Positions 47,171 through 55,808 of a stretch of DNA of 64,000 bases are shown here, piece after piece (the stretch's first letter is position 1; every line of letters begins with the position of its first letter). Source of the stretch: a virus. Its lineage: Duplodnaviria > Caudoviricetes. Location of the stretch: the IMG/VR virus record IMGVR_UViG_2833436851_000001, positions 21,726-85,725 of that record. One strand, written 5' to 3'. A program made the position numbers and the translations under genes. Under the pieces are notes generated by a model that was not told the origin of the DNA, searched no databases, and saw nothing but the letters and a program-made list of their open reading frames with translations.

Positions 47171-48436
47171 ATGGCAGATAAGATATTGCAAATGTTTTTT
47201 AACATCGAACGATGGACGAAAGCAATCGAGAAAGGTGTGGGCAAAGACATCCGGAAAGACCAGCTCATCCGGCTGGCCGATGAACACACGCGCCTGCAAA
47301 TTGCCAATGCCATGCGGAAAGGAAACTTTGAAATCTCACCTCCGCATACGGCGCAGATACCCAAAGACAACGGCGAGTTCCGCACGGTGTACGTGAACGA
47401 GCCGATGGACCGTGTGATACTCAGTATCGCCAACGACCTTTTGTTCGACCTGATGCCTGAAATGCTCCACGAAACCTGCAAGTCCTACCAGACAGGAATA
47501 GGCTGCGGCCGAGTGGTTATCGAGGTCAGCCATCAGATCGTGAACGCCGCAAAGAACGGAGTTCTGGGCTGGAAATCCGACCTTTCCAAATATTTCGACA
47601 GCGTGCCGATTCAATTCGTCGATGAGGCATTCGATAAGGTTGAGGCCAAACACGGTCATTCCGTTTTAATCGACGTACTGCGGAAATATTATCATTCGGA
47701 CCTGTATTTCGATGAGGAAAACAGGCTCCGAAGTCAATACCAGTCCCTCAAGCAGGGCTGCGCCGTGGCGAGCTGGCTGGCCGATGTACTCCTGTATGGC
47801 CTCGACGAGGAATTGTCGGAACTGAACGGCTACTATGTCCGCTATTCGGACGACATGCTCTTTGTCGGTGCCGACTATGAAAAAGCAATGGAACTGCTCC
47901 AAAAGCGACTTGCCGAGAAGTCCATGAAACTCAATCCGAAAAAGGTGGAGTACCTGACAGCGGACAACTGGTTCAAATTTCTCGGGTATAGCATCAAAGG
48001 CAAGATGATTTCGCTCTCGTCCAGCCGTATCAAAACCTTCCAGAAAGAGATTGAACAGCGAACGATTCGTTGTCGGGATACGACGCTGACGAAAGCCGTC
48101 CATGCCGTGAACCGTTACCTGTACAAGGGCAACGGCGAGTTCAGTTGGGCGACACAGATTCTTCCTGTATGCAATGTGCGGAAAGACCTTGACGAACTGA
48201 ATATGTTTGTCATGGATTGTCTGCGGGCAGTTGCAACCGGCAAACGCAAGATCGGAGGTCTGGGATATGTCAGAAACAAGTCTGACGGATGTATCGTCCG
48301 GGGACGGGGACGTAATGTGAAAGCGAACCGCTCCAAAACCGGAGGCAACATCCCCGGCTATCTGACGATTGGTTGCATGAGGAATGCACTGCTGACAAGT
48401 CGGGCTGTGTACAACACGCTGGTAGCATCATTATAG
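47171..48436 (+). CDS. Stand-alone reverse transcriptase (class not assigned)
   Basis: IPKDNGEFRTVY, KSDLSKYFDSV, LKQGCAVASWLA, YVRYSDDM, LNPKK, FKFLGY. Confidence 0.93.
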   Translation: MADKILQMFFNIERWTKAIEKGVGKDIRKDQLIRLADEHTRLQIANAMRKGNFEISPPHTAQIPKDNGEFRTVYVNEPMDRVILSIANDLLFDLMPEMLHETCKSYQTGIGCGRVVIEVSHQIVNAAKNGVLGWKSDLSKYFDSVPIQFVDEAFDKVEAKHGHSVLIDVLRKYYHSDLYFDEENRLRSQYQSLKQGCAVASWLADVLLYGLDEELSELNGYYVRYSDDMLFVGADYEKAMELLQKRLAEKSMKLNPKKVEYLTADNWFKFLGYSIKGKMISLSSSRIKTFQKEIEQRTIRCRDTTLTKAVHAVNRYLYKGNGEFSWATQILPVCNVRKDLDELNMFVMDCLRAVATGKRKIGGLGYVRNKSDGCIVRGRGRNVKANRSKTGGNIPGYLTIGCMRNALLTSRAVYNTLVASL

Positions 48437-48446
48437 GATACACCGA

Positions 48447-49620
48447 GCACACGGTAAATGGATGAAGAGGCAAAATTCAATGTTACAGGATGGCAGACCA
48501 GAACGCATAGATCTTCGCCGGTCTAACAACCGGCGAGGATCGGTGAGTTCTGGTTTCTCCTGTAATATATCGAAGTCATAAAGAAATGTGTCGCCTGCCT
48601 GACATCCGATGGGCTGAAACACATCAGCAGAAGTTCGAGGAATGAGTTTGAGATTCCCGCGTGTGTAGCCCAGCTCTATCGAGAGTCTTGAAGGTGATCG
48701 GACCATCACCTTCAGACTCCTCAAGAGCTGGGCTCTCGCGGGCGACATCAAGCAAGTAAAGATATGTGTCGTCATTATGAGAACTTCTTCTTTAGCACGA
48801 AAGCACAGTGATTCAAGGAATATGATTCAATATGCCGAGTTTCGATACAGCCCGTCCGGCGCCGTCGTATCCCTAACGTCATACGACGGCGACCATCCGG
48901 CTTCCGAAACTGGCGTACATCAAAGCAATAAAGCAATGTGCCGATATTCTGAGAATCATGAGAAGCTGAGTACACAGCTACAAAAGTCAAGGTCGGAATT
49001 TCAGCTATGCAGCTCTTGAACTTGCGGCCACATACCTCCTCATCTCCGAGCGGAGATGAGGACATATCAGGCCAGCAGAACAGAGCAGCGCACATCAGGA
49101 AAGTAAAGGAATGTACCGTCCGAATGAGATTTTTTTTCAGCACGGAAAACTGCGGTTCAGGGGACAAGAATCAGCGTGCCGCAAGCAATGAAGTCCCGGC
49201 AATGACGTCGTTATTCACTATCAGGAACACGACGTCGCTGCCCGGACTTCAAATCGCGGCGCACATCGACCTATTAGAGCAACGTGCCACAATCCTAAGA
49301 ACCGCAAAAACTTAGCACGAAATGAAAAGTCAAGGTCAGGAGTTTAATGGTGCAGCTAATAACATCAAGGACCGTAGTCCAAGGCATCTGATTAGATGCC
49401 TGTGGACAAGGTCCGTAGCTGAATAGCTGCTCATATCGAACTGATAAAGCAATGTGCCGGCCTGATTGAGACTTACGGGCAACGCAGCCTGATTTTGCAC
49501 GAGGAATCGAATTTAGCATACAGTATTCTACCTGGATCCTGACCAGGCGATTACCTGGTTCTGGATCCAGGACCTACTGTATTCATCAGAGCTATAAAGC
49601 CATGCGTCAGCGATTCGAGT
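48447..49620 (+). ncRNA. Array of seven structured units (167-176 nt period) directly downstream of RT
   Basis: Unit starts 48447, 48619, 48795, 48970, 49140, 49315, 49482; each has a YCRAGG-like box, a unique long hairpin, YATC-N7-TARAG-N2-AYG and a closing 5 bp stem. Confidence 0.85.
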
Positions 49621-49654
49621 GCATAAAAGGACAAACAATTTAACCAGATAAAAA

Positions 49655-49882
49655 ATGAACGTAAAAGACATTGAAATCGGAAACTGGTATCATATCTCGG
49701 GAGATATAGATAACGGGACCAAGGACGGGAAGCCTTACACCTCCCATGACGAAGTTACACGGAGAATCAAGCGGGTAACGGACACCCACATCATTTGTGA
49801 GTGCGACAGGAAATTCCTGATTAACGCCAACCTGAAGCTGAGCATTCCCGCCTTCAGGAGAACGGACATGGCCAATTCGTAG
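49655..49882 (+). CDS. Hypothetical protein after the array
   Basis: 75 aa ORF with A-rich leader. Confidence 0.65.
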   Translation: MNVKDIEIGNWYHISGDIDNGTKDGKPYTSHDEVTRRIKRVTDTHIICECDRKFLINANLKLSIPAFRRTDMANS

Positions 49883-49887
49883 GAGCT

Positions 49888-50364
49888 ATGGACAATATCT
49901 ATCAAGAAACAGTCCGTGCCGTAGAAAACGGGGCGCGTTTCAAGGTTGACTTCCAAACGCGAAGCCTCAAAGTAAACGGCAAGTACGTCATTCGGGACGG
50001 CTCGTATGAAGGCGTTCTCGGAGTGTCGCATTGCAGTGAAGAGGAGTTCTTCTCGAAAGTGGAAGAGCTGTACCGTCGGTACAAGCACTCGATTCCGTCG
50101 GAACGCAGCGAGAGTACATCGCGCCGCTATTTCATGGCATTGCCGGAAAGAGAACTAAGTGATGATGACATGCTCTATGGAGAGCGGCGCGACAAATCAC
50201 AAATCGAGCTGGAACTATTCATCCTCTGCCAACTGCTCGGCGGCTTCAAATGGAATCCCGAGAAGTTCGGCCGGTGGTTCTGGCAGAGCCAAGAAGACAA
50301 GGAACTGGTAATACTCAGACAATGGGTAGAGCCGAATAATAATCAATCAACTATTTTATCATGA
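49888..50364 (+). CDS. Hypothetical protein, candidate RT-system partner
   Basis: 158 aa ORF overlapping the next start. Confidence 0.75.
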   Translation: MDNIYQETVRAVENGARFKVDFQTRSLKVNGKYVIRDGSYEGVLGVSHCSEEEFFSKVEELYRRYKHSIPSERSESTSRRYFMALPERELSDDDMLYGERRDKSQIELELFILCQLLGGFKWNPEKFGRWFWQSQEDKELVILRQWVEPNNNQSTILS

Positions 50365-51404
50365 GGAAAAAACAAGAGACGAATGTTACGTGCCCGACAT
50401 GTGGGACGGAACTTGCCATCGCAGGCAAAAAAGTTACCATCGCAGAAAACCCTGCGGCATCAATCAAACAAGCACAGCTGCCCAAAACGGCACACGAACG
50501 TATTGAAGCACTCCGCAGTGTCGGCGTGGACGTGAGCTGCCTGTTTGCCATGCAGGGAGCCAACGGCGGCGATTATGTCGCCTCGAACAAGAACGGCAAG
50601 CTGTCGATTCTGGACGACAACGACCCGATTTTCGATTACATCCTCGAAAAGGGAACCGTACCCAACCGCCGTCTGTTCCGCCGCTTCGTCATGGCGCAGA
50701 TGTTCCACATGCTCTCCTACAAGGACTACGGTGCTTGGAGTCCGGTCGGCGTGACCGAGATGATCCACCGTTTTGGTTTTGAATACCAGTGGAAAATGCT
50801 GCTCGACGAACTGCGTGCACAGATGAAGATGGAGCGCAACGACCCCGAGAACTTTGCGGACAGGAACCGCTGGTTCAACGTCAAGGTCGCTACGGCTCTG
50901 GCGGAAGATTACATCGAACAACTGAAAACGCATGTCGATGGCCTGCCGGTCAAGAAATGCAAGGGCATTCCTTACAAGCGTCTCGGCGGCCACAACATTT
51001 TCGTGCAGGACCTGCACTCCAAACTCTACAGCCCGCTGCGTCTTGCAGCGTACCATATCGGAGCGGCTAAAAATGCCACCCAGCTCTACAATGCCGTGAA
51101 GAAGTTCAACGACAAGCGGTTCAAGATGAAGCACGCCACACCTCAAAGCAAGGCGTGGATAGATGCCTACAAGGGCACCGGCGCATTCTACACGATGCAA
51201 AACCTCATCCGCTTTCACAACTGTACGGCCATCGACGACAACGGGCGACGGCTGGACAAATACCAGTCGCTCGCATTCCTCTCGGCCAAGGCCGAAGAGT
51301 ATAAGAACGGCAATGGTTGGCGCCTGCTTGCCGCACTGAAAAAGATGCTCGACGACAACGGTATTGACATCAAAAAGAAGATGGCCCAGTGGCGTAGGAA
51401 GTAA
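50361..51404 (+). CDS. Hypothetical protein with N-terminal CPTCG motif, candidate RT-system partner
   Basis: 347 aa basic ORF directly before the orphan unit. Confidence 0.8.
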   Translation: MRKKQETNVTCPTCGTELAIAGKKVTIAENPAASIKQAQLPKTAHERIEALRSVGVDVSCLFAMQGANGGDYVASNKNGKLSILDDNDPIFDYILEKGTVPNRRLFRRFVMAQMFHMLSYKDYGAWSPVGVTEMIHRFGFEYQWKMLLDELRAQMKMERNDPENFADRNRWFNVKVATALAEDYIEQLKTHVDGLPVKKCKGIPYKRLGGHNIFVQDLHSKLYSPLRLAAYHIGAAKNATQLYNAVKKFNDKRFKMKHATPQSKAWIDAYKGTGAFYTMQNLIRFHNCTAIDDNGRRLDKYQSLAFLSAKAEEYKNGNGWRLLAALKKMLDDNGIDIKKKMAQWRRK

Positions 51405-51416
51405 GCCGTCATCGTC

Positions 51417-51546
51417 TGGCAGGCTTGATGTGATGGACCGAAAACTTTCAGTTCGTCTTCCTTGACAGGATCCTGAGGCGCTGGCTACACGCCGTGCCTC
51501 AGGATCCTTCCGGAAGACCATACATCGAACAGATAAAGCCATGCCC
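51417..51546 (+). ncRNA. Orphan eighth array-type unit
   Basis: Hairpin AGGATCCTGAGGC/GCCTCAGGATCCT within GTCTTCC/GGAAGAC, then CATC-GAACAGA-TAAAG-CC-ATGCC. Confidence 0.75.
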
Positions 51547-51595
51547 CATATCGGTAATCGCATCATTTTTTTCATACAATCAAAAAACAATCGAA

Positions 51596-51835
51596 ATGGA
51601 AGAAAAAGAGATATCAGAAGTGCTGCTCGATATAGCAGATGACCTCAAACGCAAAGGCGATCAGCCGTGTGACCTTACCAACGACTGCGGTGAACCGACC
51701 GTGTTCGATGCCCGGAGCGAACTCTATATCCAATACATCACACTCGATAAGGGTGGTAATCCCTGCGCATTGATCCCGCTGGGATATTTGGAGGACGAGA
51801 CGATCCGCGAAATTGCAAAGATGGTACACCAATGA
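51596..51835 (+). CDS. Hypothetical protein
   Basis: Start MEEKEIS at 51596. Confidence 0.65.
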   Translation: MEEKEISEVLLDIADDLKRKGDQPCDLTNDCGEPTVFDARSELYIQYITLDKGGNPCALIPLGYLEDETIREIAKMVHQ

Positions 51836-52245
51836 ACCGTTTGTTCAATCCTGCCACCGAATGCACCGATCCCGACCAACTGCAATTCTGCTTGAAAATA
51901 TCGGATACGGTATTCTGGTATTGCGAGCCGAATACCTGCCACCGTGATTTGCTACCGTGTGCTGAAACGGAATCCAATCGGATTTATCAGCGGTATCTCG
52001 GATACCCGACAGAGTTTCTGCATGATGCGCACAATGTGCCCGAGGTCCGAAAATTCGCAACGGACAATATGCTTTGGCGGGAAGGCGAAATCGACGTGAC
52101 GGATTTCAGCCGGTCGGAGCAAGAAGAATTACTGAAAGATTACGGTTACAAGTGGGATGATTTCTCCGCAGACATCGACCGTAACCAGATCATTTGTGAG
52201 AACCATTTCGAGCAATACCTGCTCGACTATCGAAACGACATTTGA
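51832..52245 (+). CDS. Hypothetical protein
   Basis: 137 aa, ATGA overlap with upstream gene. Confidence 0.7.
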   Translation: MNRLFNPATECTDPDQLQFCLKISDTVFWYCEPNTCHRDLLPCAETESNRIYQRYLGYPTEFLHDAHNVPEVRKFATDNMLWREGEIDVTDFSRSEQEELLKDYGYKWDDFSADIDRNQIICENHFEQYLLDYRNDI

Positions 52246-52291
52246 ATGAACAATCAAAATCATTATACGAAAACTAAAATAGTTCAGAATC

Positions 52292-52927
52292 ATGCACGAA
52301 GCAGAGCAATATTTACGCAATCCGGAAACCCCGGATTCTTTGTATGTTCAGTATAAAGGACGCAGACGACGTTTGTTCTACAACCGAGACAACAGTATTT
52401 TCGGTATCATCGGTATCGGAAAACGAAGGCGTGGTTTCGGATTCAGCGATTGGGACGGAATCGAAAAGATTTTCAACCCGGCTCCACCTAAAGAGCCGTC
52501 AGAAATCAACCGCCACCTGATTCGCAAATTTCAACGGGAAGCTACCAAGGCGGGATTTACAAGTCCCTTTATCCGCAAAATCCAGAATGCCGATTACAAC
52601 AAAAGCCTTTATGAAAACGGAATTACCACCGGAACACGTATCGACGGGCAAATCATTACACTTGAAGCTGTACGGAAATGGTGCGGTGAAGGAACTTACC
52701 GGTGTTTCTGCGAAGCCGTCAGAAATCGCACGTCATATCATTCGGGACGGTTCAACTTTCGCGGCTATGACGGATCACTTTGGGTGGAAATCTACGACAA
52801 AGACGATGGATACCACAAGAACGGAGACCTGAATGCCGGCTTCTCAAAAGAGTTCAGGAATTGCGGAAACGGTTATTACTATCTATTAGTAAACGAGCAA
52901 ACCTTCATTGGATGTGATATAGATTGA
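52292..52927 (+). CDS. Hypothetical protein
   Basis: 211 aa ORF. Confidence 0.7.
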   Translation: MHEAEQYLRNPETPDSLYVQYKGRRRRLFYNRDNSIFGIIGIGKRRRGFGFSDWDGIEKIFNPAPPKEPSEINRHLIRKFQREATKAGFTSPFIRKIQNADYNKSLYENGITTGTRIDGQIITLEAVRKWCGEGTYRCFCEAVRNRTSYHSGRFNFRGYDGSLWVEIYDKDDGYHKNGDLNAGFSKEFRNCGNGYYYLLVNEQTFIGCDID

Positions 52928-52947
52928 CAATTATAAATAGTAGCATT

Positions 52948-53181
52948 ATGGACACCAATCATACAAAAACCTGTACCGACGGATTCGTGTGGCTTCTTAT
53001 TACTCCTGAACAAGCCCGTAAACTTTGGGAAATTGATGTCTTCACACTATATCGCCTTTATGACGATGACTCAGAAGCCGAAATCGAATCCGATAAAGAT
53101 TTGGAAGAAACCATAGAACGTGGATACCAAATCGGTATTGAGGTTGGATTCATCGCCCAATTATCCGACGCAACAAAATGA
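52948..53181 (+). CDS. Hypothetical protein
   Basis: Start MDTNHT at 52948. Confidence 0.6.
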   Translation: MDTNHTKTCTDGFVWLLITPEQARKLWEIDVFTLYRLYDDDSEAEIESDKDLEETIERGYQIGIEVGFIAQLSDATK

Positions 53182-53381
53182 TGGCGATGAAGCAGAAAAC
53201 AATCCGAAAACTCAAAAAAGGAGAACTTTTCCGTCTCTCAGACCGCGAAACTGCTCCAGTCTGGGTGCGTGGAGAATATATACCTGAAGCGAGAAAATAC
53301 AGCACCTACCGATATGATGACACCAATCATGAGAAATTATTCTCCGGCGACAAAAAGGTATATGCTGAGTTTATATTCTGA
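53178..53381 (+). CDS. Hypothetical protein
   Basis: 67 aa, ATGA overlap. Confidence 0.6.
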   Translation: MMAMKQKTIRKLKKGELFRLSDRETAPVWVRGEYIPEARKYSTYRYDDTNHEKLFSGDKKVYAEFIF

Positions 53382-53413
53382 TACAAAGTAAATTAACTAA
53401 TAATATACACAAT

Positions 53414-53773
53414 ATGAGCACACGTTTACACACAGGGAAAGTCTATCAGATAGAGTACATCCCTTGCGGTCAAGGGATGTTCGGAAGTGACGGACAAAAA
53501 GCCCTATATAACATCCTGTCGATGTTCGATATCAACAACACGGCATCGGATGAATTTGCGGAAGACTACGAAGTTTCCCGCGAAGAATTGAAACGTCTTC
53601 GGACAATTATCACGGAAGATGGAACTGAGTATCAGAATTGTGAAGAAGGTTTCAAGGAGGCTTTGGACAATGCATAAATGACTAAAGCGAATTTTATCGA
53701 TGTCCTCGACCACTTGATTGACAAGAGCGATCAACGTAACCCATTCGTCCTTATTTCATGGATGCACGCATAA
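53414..53773 (+). pseudogene. Hypothetical gene apparently split by an in-frame TAA (53675-53677)
   Basis: Reading continues in frame: ...EALDNA*MTKANFIDVLDHLIDKSDQRNPFVLISWMHA. Confidence 0.45.
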
Positions 53774-53789
53774 AATTAGGAGGGGAAAT

Positions 53790-54374
53790 ATGAAACGTAC
53801 AAATGAAAACATCGTCTCCAGCTTCTTCTACTACATGTGGAACCGCTGGAGCAAAGCCGAATGCGAAACCGTATTTGGAAACATGGCCGGCCATTTCTGG
53901 GCAAAATGGTGCGGTCTGAGCAGCGCCACGTTGTCGGGTGCGGCCGAACGCTTCTATGCCGAACTGGGCAACAACGCCCGCGACAAAATCGTGGAACGGG
54001 CGTGCGAACTCTATGACGGGCAGAGGTTCGTTACCGAAAGGAAGGAGGAAGATGAAAGCCAAATCAACGTATGCGAATGTTGCGGTTCCCGTGACATTCA
54101 GATACGGGCATGGGTCGATGGTAACACGAATGAACACATTTCGGACATTGATGATTCCAGCGACGATTTTTGGTGCGATTCGTGTGAAGAGGCTCACTAT
54201 TTCGTCTCATTGAAAAAGTATAAAGAGCGAATGTACCAGTGGTGGAAACACCTTGATCTGGAAGAAAACAAACGGCTGTCCGGCGATGCCGGGGACCTCG
54301 ACGCCTGGTGGAACTCCTTGTCTTTCGACCAGCAGCGAGAGATGTACAAGAAAAACTATTGGGACGAAGAGTAA
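53790..54374 (+). CDS. Hypothetical protein with zinc ribbon
   Basis: Start MKRTNE at 53790; CECCGS...WCDSC. Confidence 0.7.
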   Translation: MKRTNENIVSSFFYYMWNRWSKAECETVFGNMAGHFWAKWCGLSSATLSGAAERFYAELGNNARDKIVERACELYDGQRFVTERKEEDESQINVCECCGSRDIQIRAWVDGNTNEHISDIDDSSDDFWCDSCEEAHYFVSLKKYKERMYQWWKHLDLEENKRLSGDAGDLDAWWNSLSFDQQREMYKKNYWDEE

Positions 54375-54385
54375 GAAGAACCAAA

Positions 54386-54689
54386 ATGATGAAAGAATTG
54401 CATACTCTCGACCACTCTGTCGCCATTACCGATGACGAAGAGGAAATCGTTGAGGTTTGGACGACACCCCAAACCAATCCGAAGACTTTCCGAAAAAAGG
54501 GTAAAAAGCCTGATGATTTCCGGTCTTTCGCAATCGGAAGCCGAACACATCGCCGCCGCCGAACCGATGAAACTGGAACTCTTCTATGATGTGCAGCTTG
54601 GCAGCTTTGCCATTGACGCAGAAGCTGTCGGCAACACACCGTTATATCACCCTTATACGGGCAATGAAATACCCGACGACACGACATAG
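54386..54689 (+). pseudogene. Hypothetical gene frameshifted in an A6 run (54493-54498)
   Basis: Removing one A joins MMKELHTL...PKTFRK to RVKSLMISGLSQ...PDDTT. Confidence 0.55.
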
Positions 54690-54710
54690 TAAACACAATT
54701 TATTCACCCG

Positions 54711-54740
54711 AGGCGGAGAGCGAAAGTTCTCCGCCTTTTT
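54711..54740 (+). terminator. Rho-independent terminator
   Basis: AGGCGGAGA...TCTCCGCCT followed by T-run. Confidence 0.65.
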
Positions 54741-54752
54741 AATTTTTCAGAC

Positions 54753-54965
54753 ATGAAATACAAGAAAGCAACTCTCAAAAAACGGCTGGAGCGTCTTGAA
54801 GAAAGTCGCAGCAAAGAAAACGCCCGACTTACACGGGTCGCCAACAACATCGGTTGGGGTGCCGGAATGCGCCGCACCAAATGTACCCCCTCGTTCGCAA
54901 AACTGAACAGCATCGACGAGAAAATCCGCAATGTAAAACGCCTCCTGACAGAATGTGAAGATTAA
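54753..54965 (+). CDS. Hypothetical basic protein
   Basis: 70 aa ORF. Confidence 0.6.
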   Translation: MKYKKATLKKRLERLEESRSKENARLTRVANNIGWGAGMRRTKCTPSFAKLNSIDEKIRNVKRLLTECED

Positions 54966-54969
54966 GATT

Positions 54970-55776
54970 ATGGCAAAAGGATACAACGCCCCGGCAGAAG
55001 TCCGGGAACTGGAGAAACAAATCAACGACTTCACGTATCGGAACGGACTGGACGTGAGAACCGTCTTTCAGGACCTGCTGCGCTACATCGTACACGGGTT
55101 CTCGCTCCCCGACACGCCTCCGCTCACTGACTGGAGGTACAATAAAGAGCAGACCAAAGTATTCTACGACATGTTCGCCACATGGATACAAATCATGTCG
55201 CAGCAGATCGAACGGCACGGCTGGTACGATGCTTTCGGCGATCTGTTCATGGCACTGACCTCCCAAAGCGGTCAGCAACAGAAAGGCCAGTTCTTCACAC
55301 CCATGCACATCACCGACCTTATGTCGAAGATAACTATGGGCAAGCAAGAATCGCCGTCCAAAATCATTTCTGTGTGCGACCCTACGGCAGGCAGTGGCCG
55401 GACGCTGTTGGCGGCCAAGGCCGACCGACCGCAAAGCTATCTGGTTGCCTGGGACATCGACTACACCTGCTGCCTGATGTGCGTATGCAACTTTTTGATA
55501 AATGGCTGTGTGGGCGAAGTGGTCTGCATCGACTCACTCCGGATGAATAACTTCCGGGGAGCATGGATCGTCAATGAAGCCCTATGTAGAACGGGACTTC
55601 CCACGGTCCGCAAACTCAACGAAAAAAAGTACAACCTATTCAAGCAGGCCGACATTCCGCCTTACGTCTTCTTCATCAACCAGAAAGACTACGACGACTA
55701 TTTCCGGATGCGGGAAACGTGGGCGAAAGTCATGTCCCTTTTTCAGGAACCCCCGACCACCAAAACAGGCACATGA
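54970..55776 (+). CDS. Short HsdM/N6-methylase-like protein
   Basis: GQFFTPMHIT, VCDPTAGSGRTLL, AWDID; no canonical NPPF/Y. Confidence 0.75.
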   Translation: MAKGYNAPAEVRELEKQINDFTYRNGLDVRTVFQDLLRYIVHGFSLPDTPPLTDWRYNKEQTKVFYDMFATWIQIMSQQIERHGWYDAFGDLFMALTSQSGQQQKGQFFTPMHITDLMSKITMGKQESPSKIISVCDPTAGSGRTLLAAKADRPQSYLVAWDIDYTCCLMCVCNFLINGCVGEVVCIDSLRMNNFRGAWIVNEALCRTGLPTVRKLNEKKYNLFKQADIPPYVFFINQKDYDDYFRMRETWAKVMSLFQEPPTTKTGT

Positions 55777-55808
55777 TGCCGTATCATAAACGTAAATCCT
55801 ATCTGCCT

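Noticed and set aside
48431-49519. Short ORFs over the array (48431-48775, 48777-49019, 49007-49315 and others)
   Set aside because: Inconsistent frames and strands with no protein features; the periodic structure explains the region better
48480-49582. Array hairpins as a series of terminators or REP/MITE elements
   Set aside because: No U-tracts after the stems, and stem sequences differ from each other while the flanks are conserved
48447-49620. CRISPR array
   Set aside because: No identical direct repeats, period about 173 nt, variable parts are self-complementary hairpins, and no cas genes are present
47171-49620. Group II intron
   Set aside because: No recognisable domain V/VI after the ORF, no room for 5' intron domains (upstream ORFs are tightly packed), and YSDD rather than YADD
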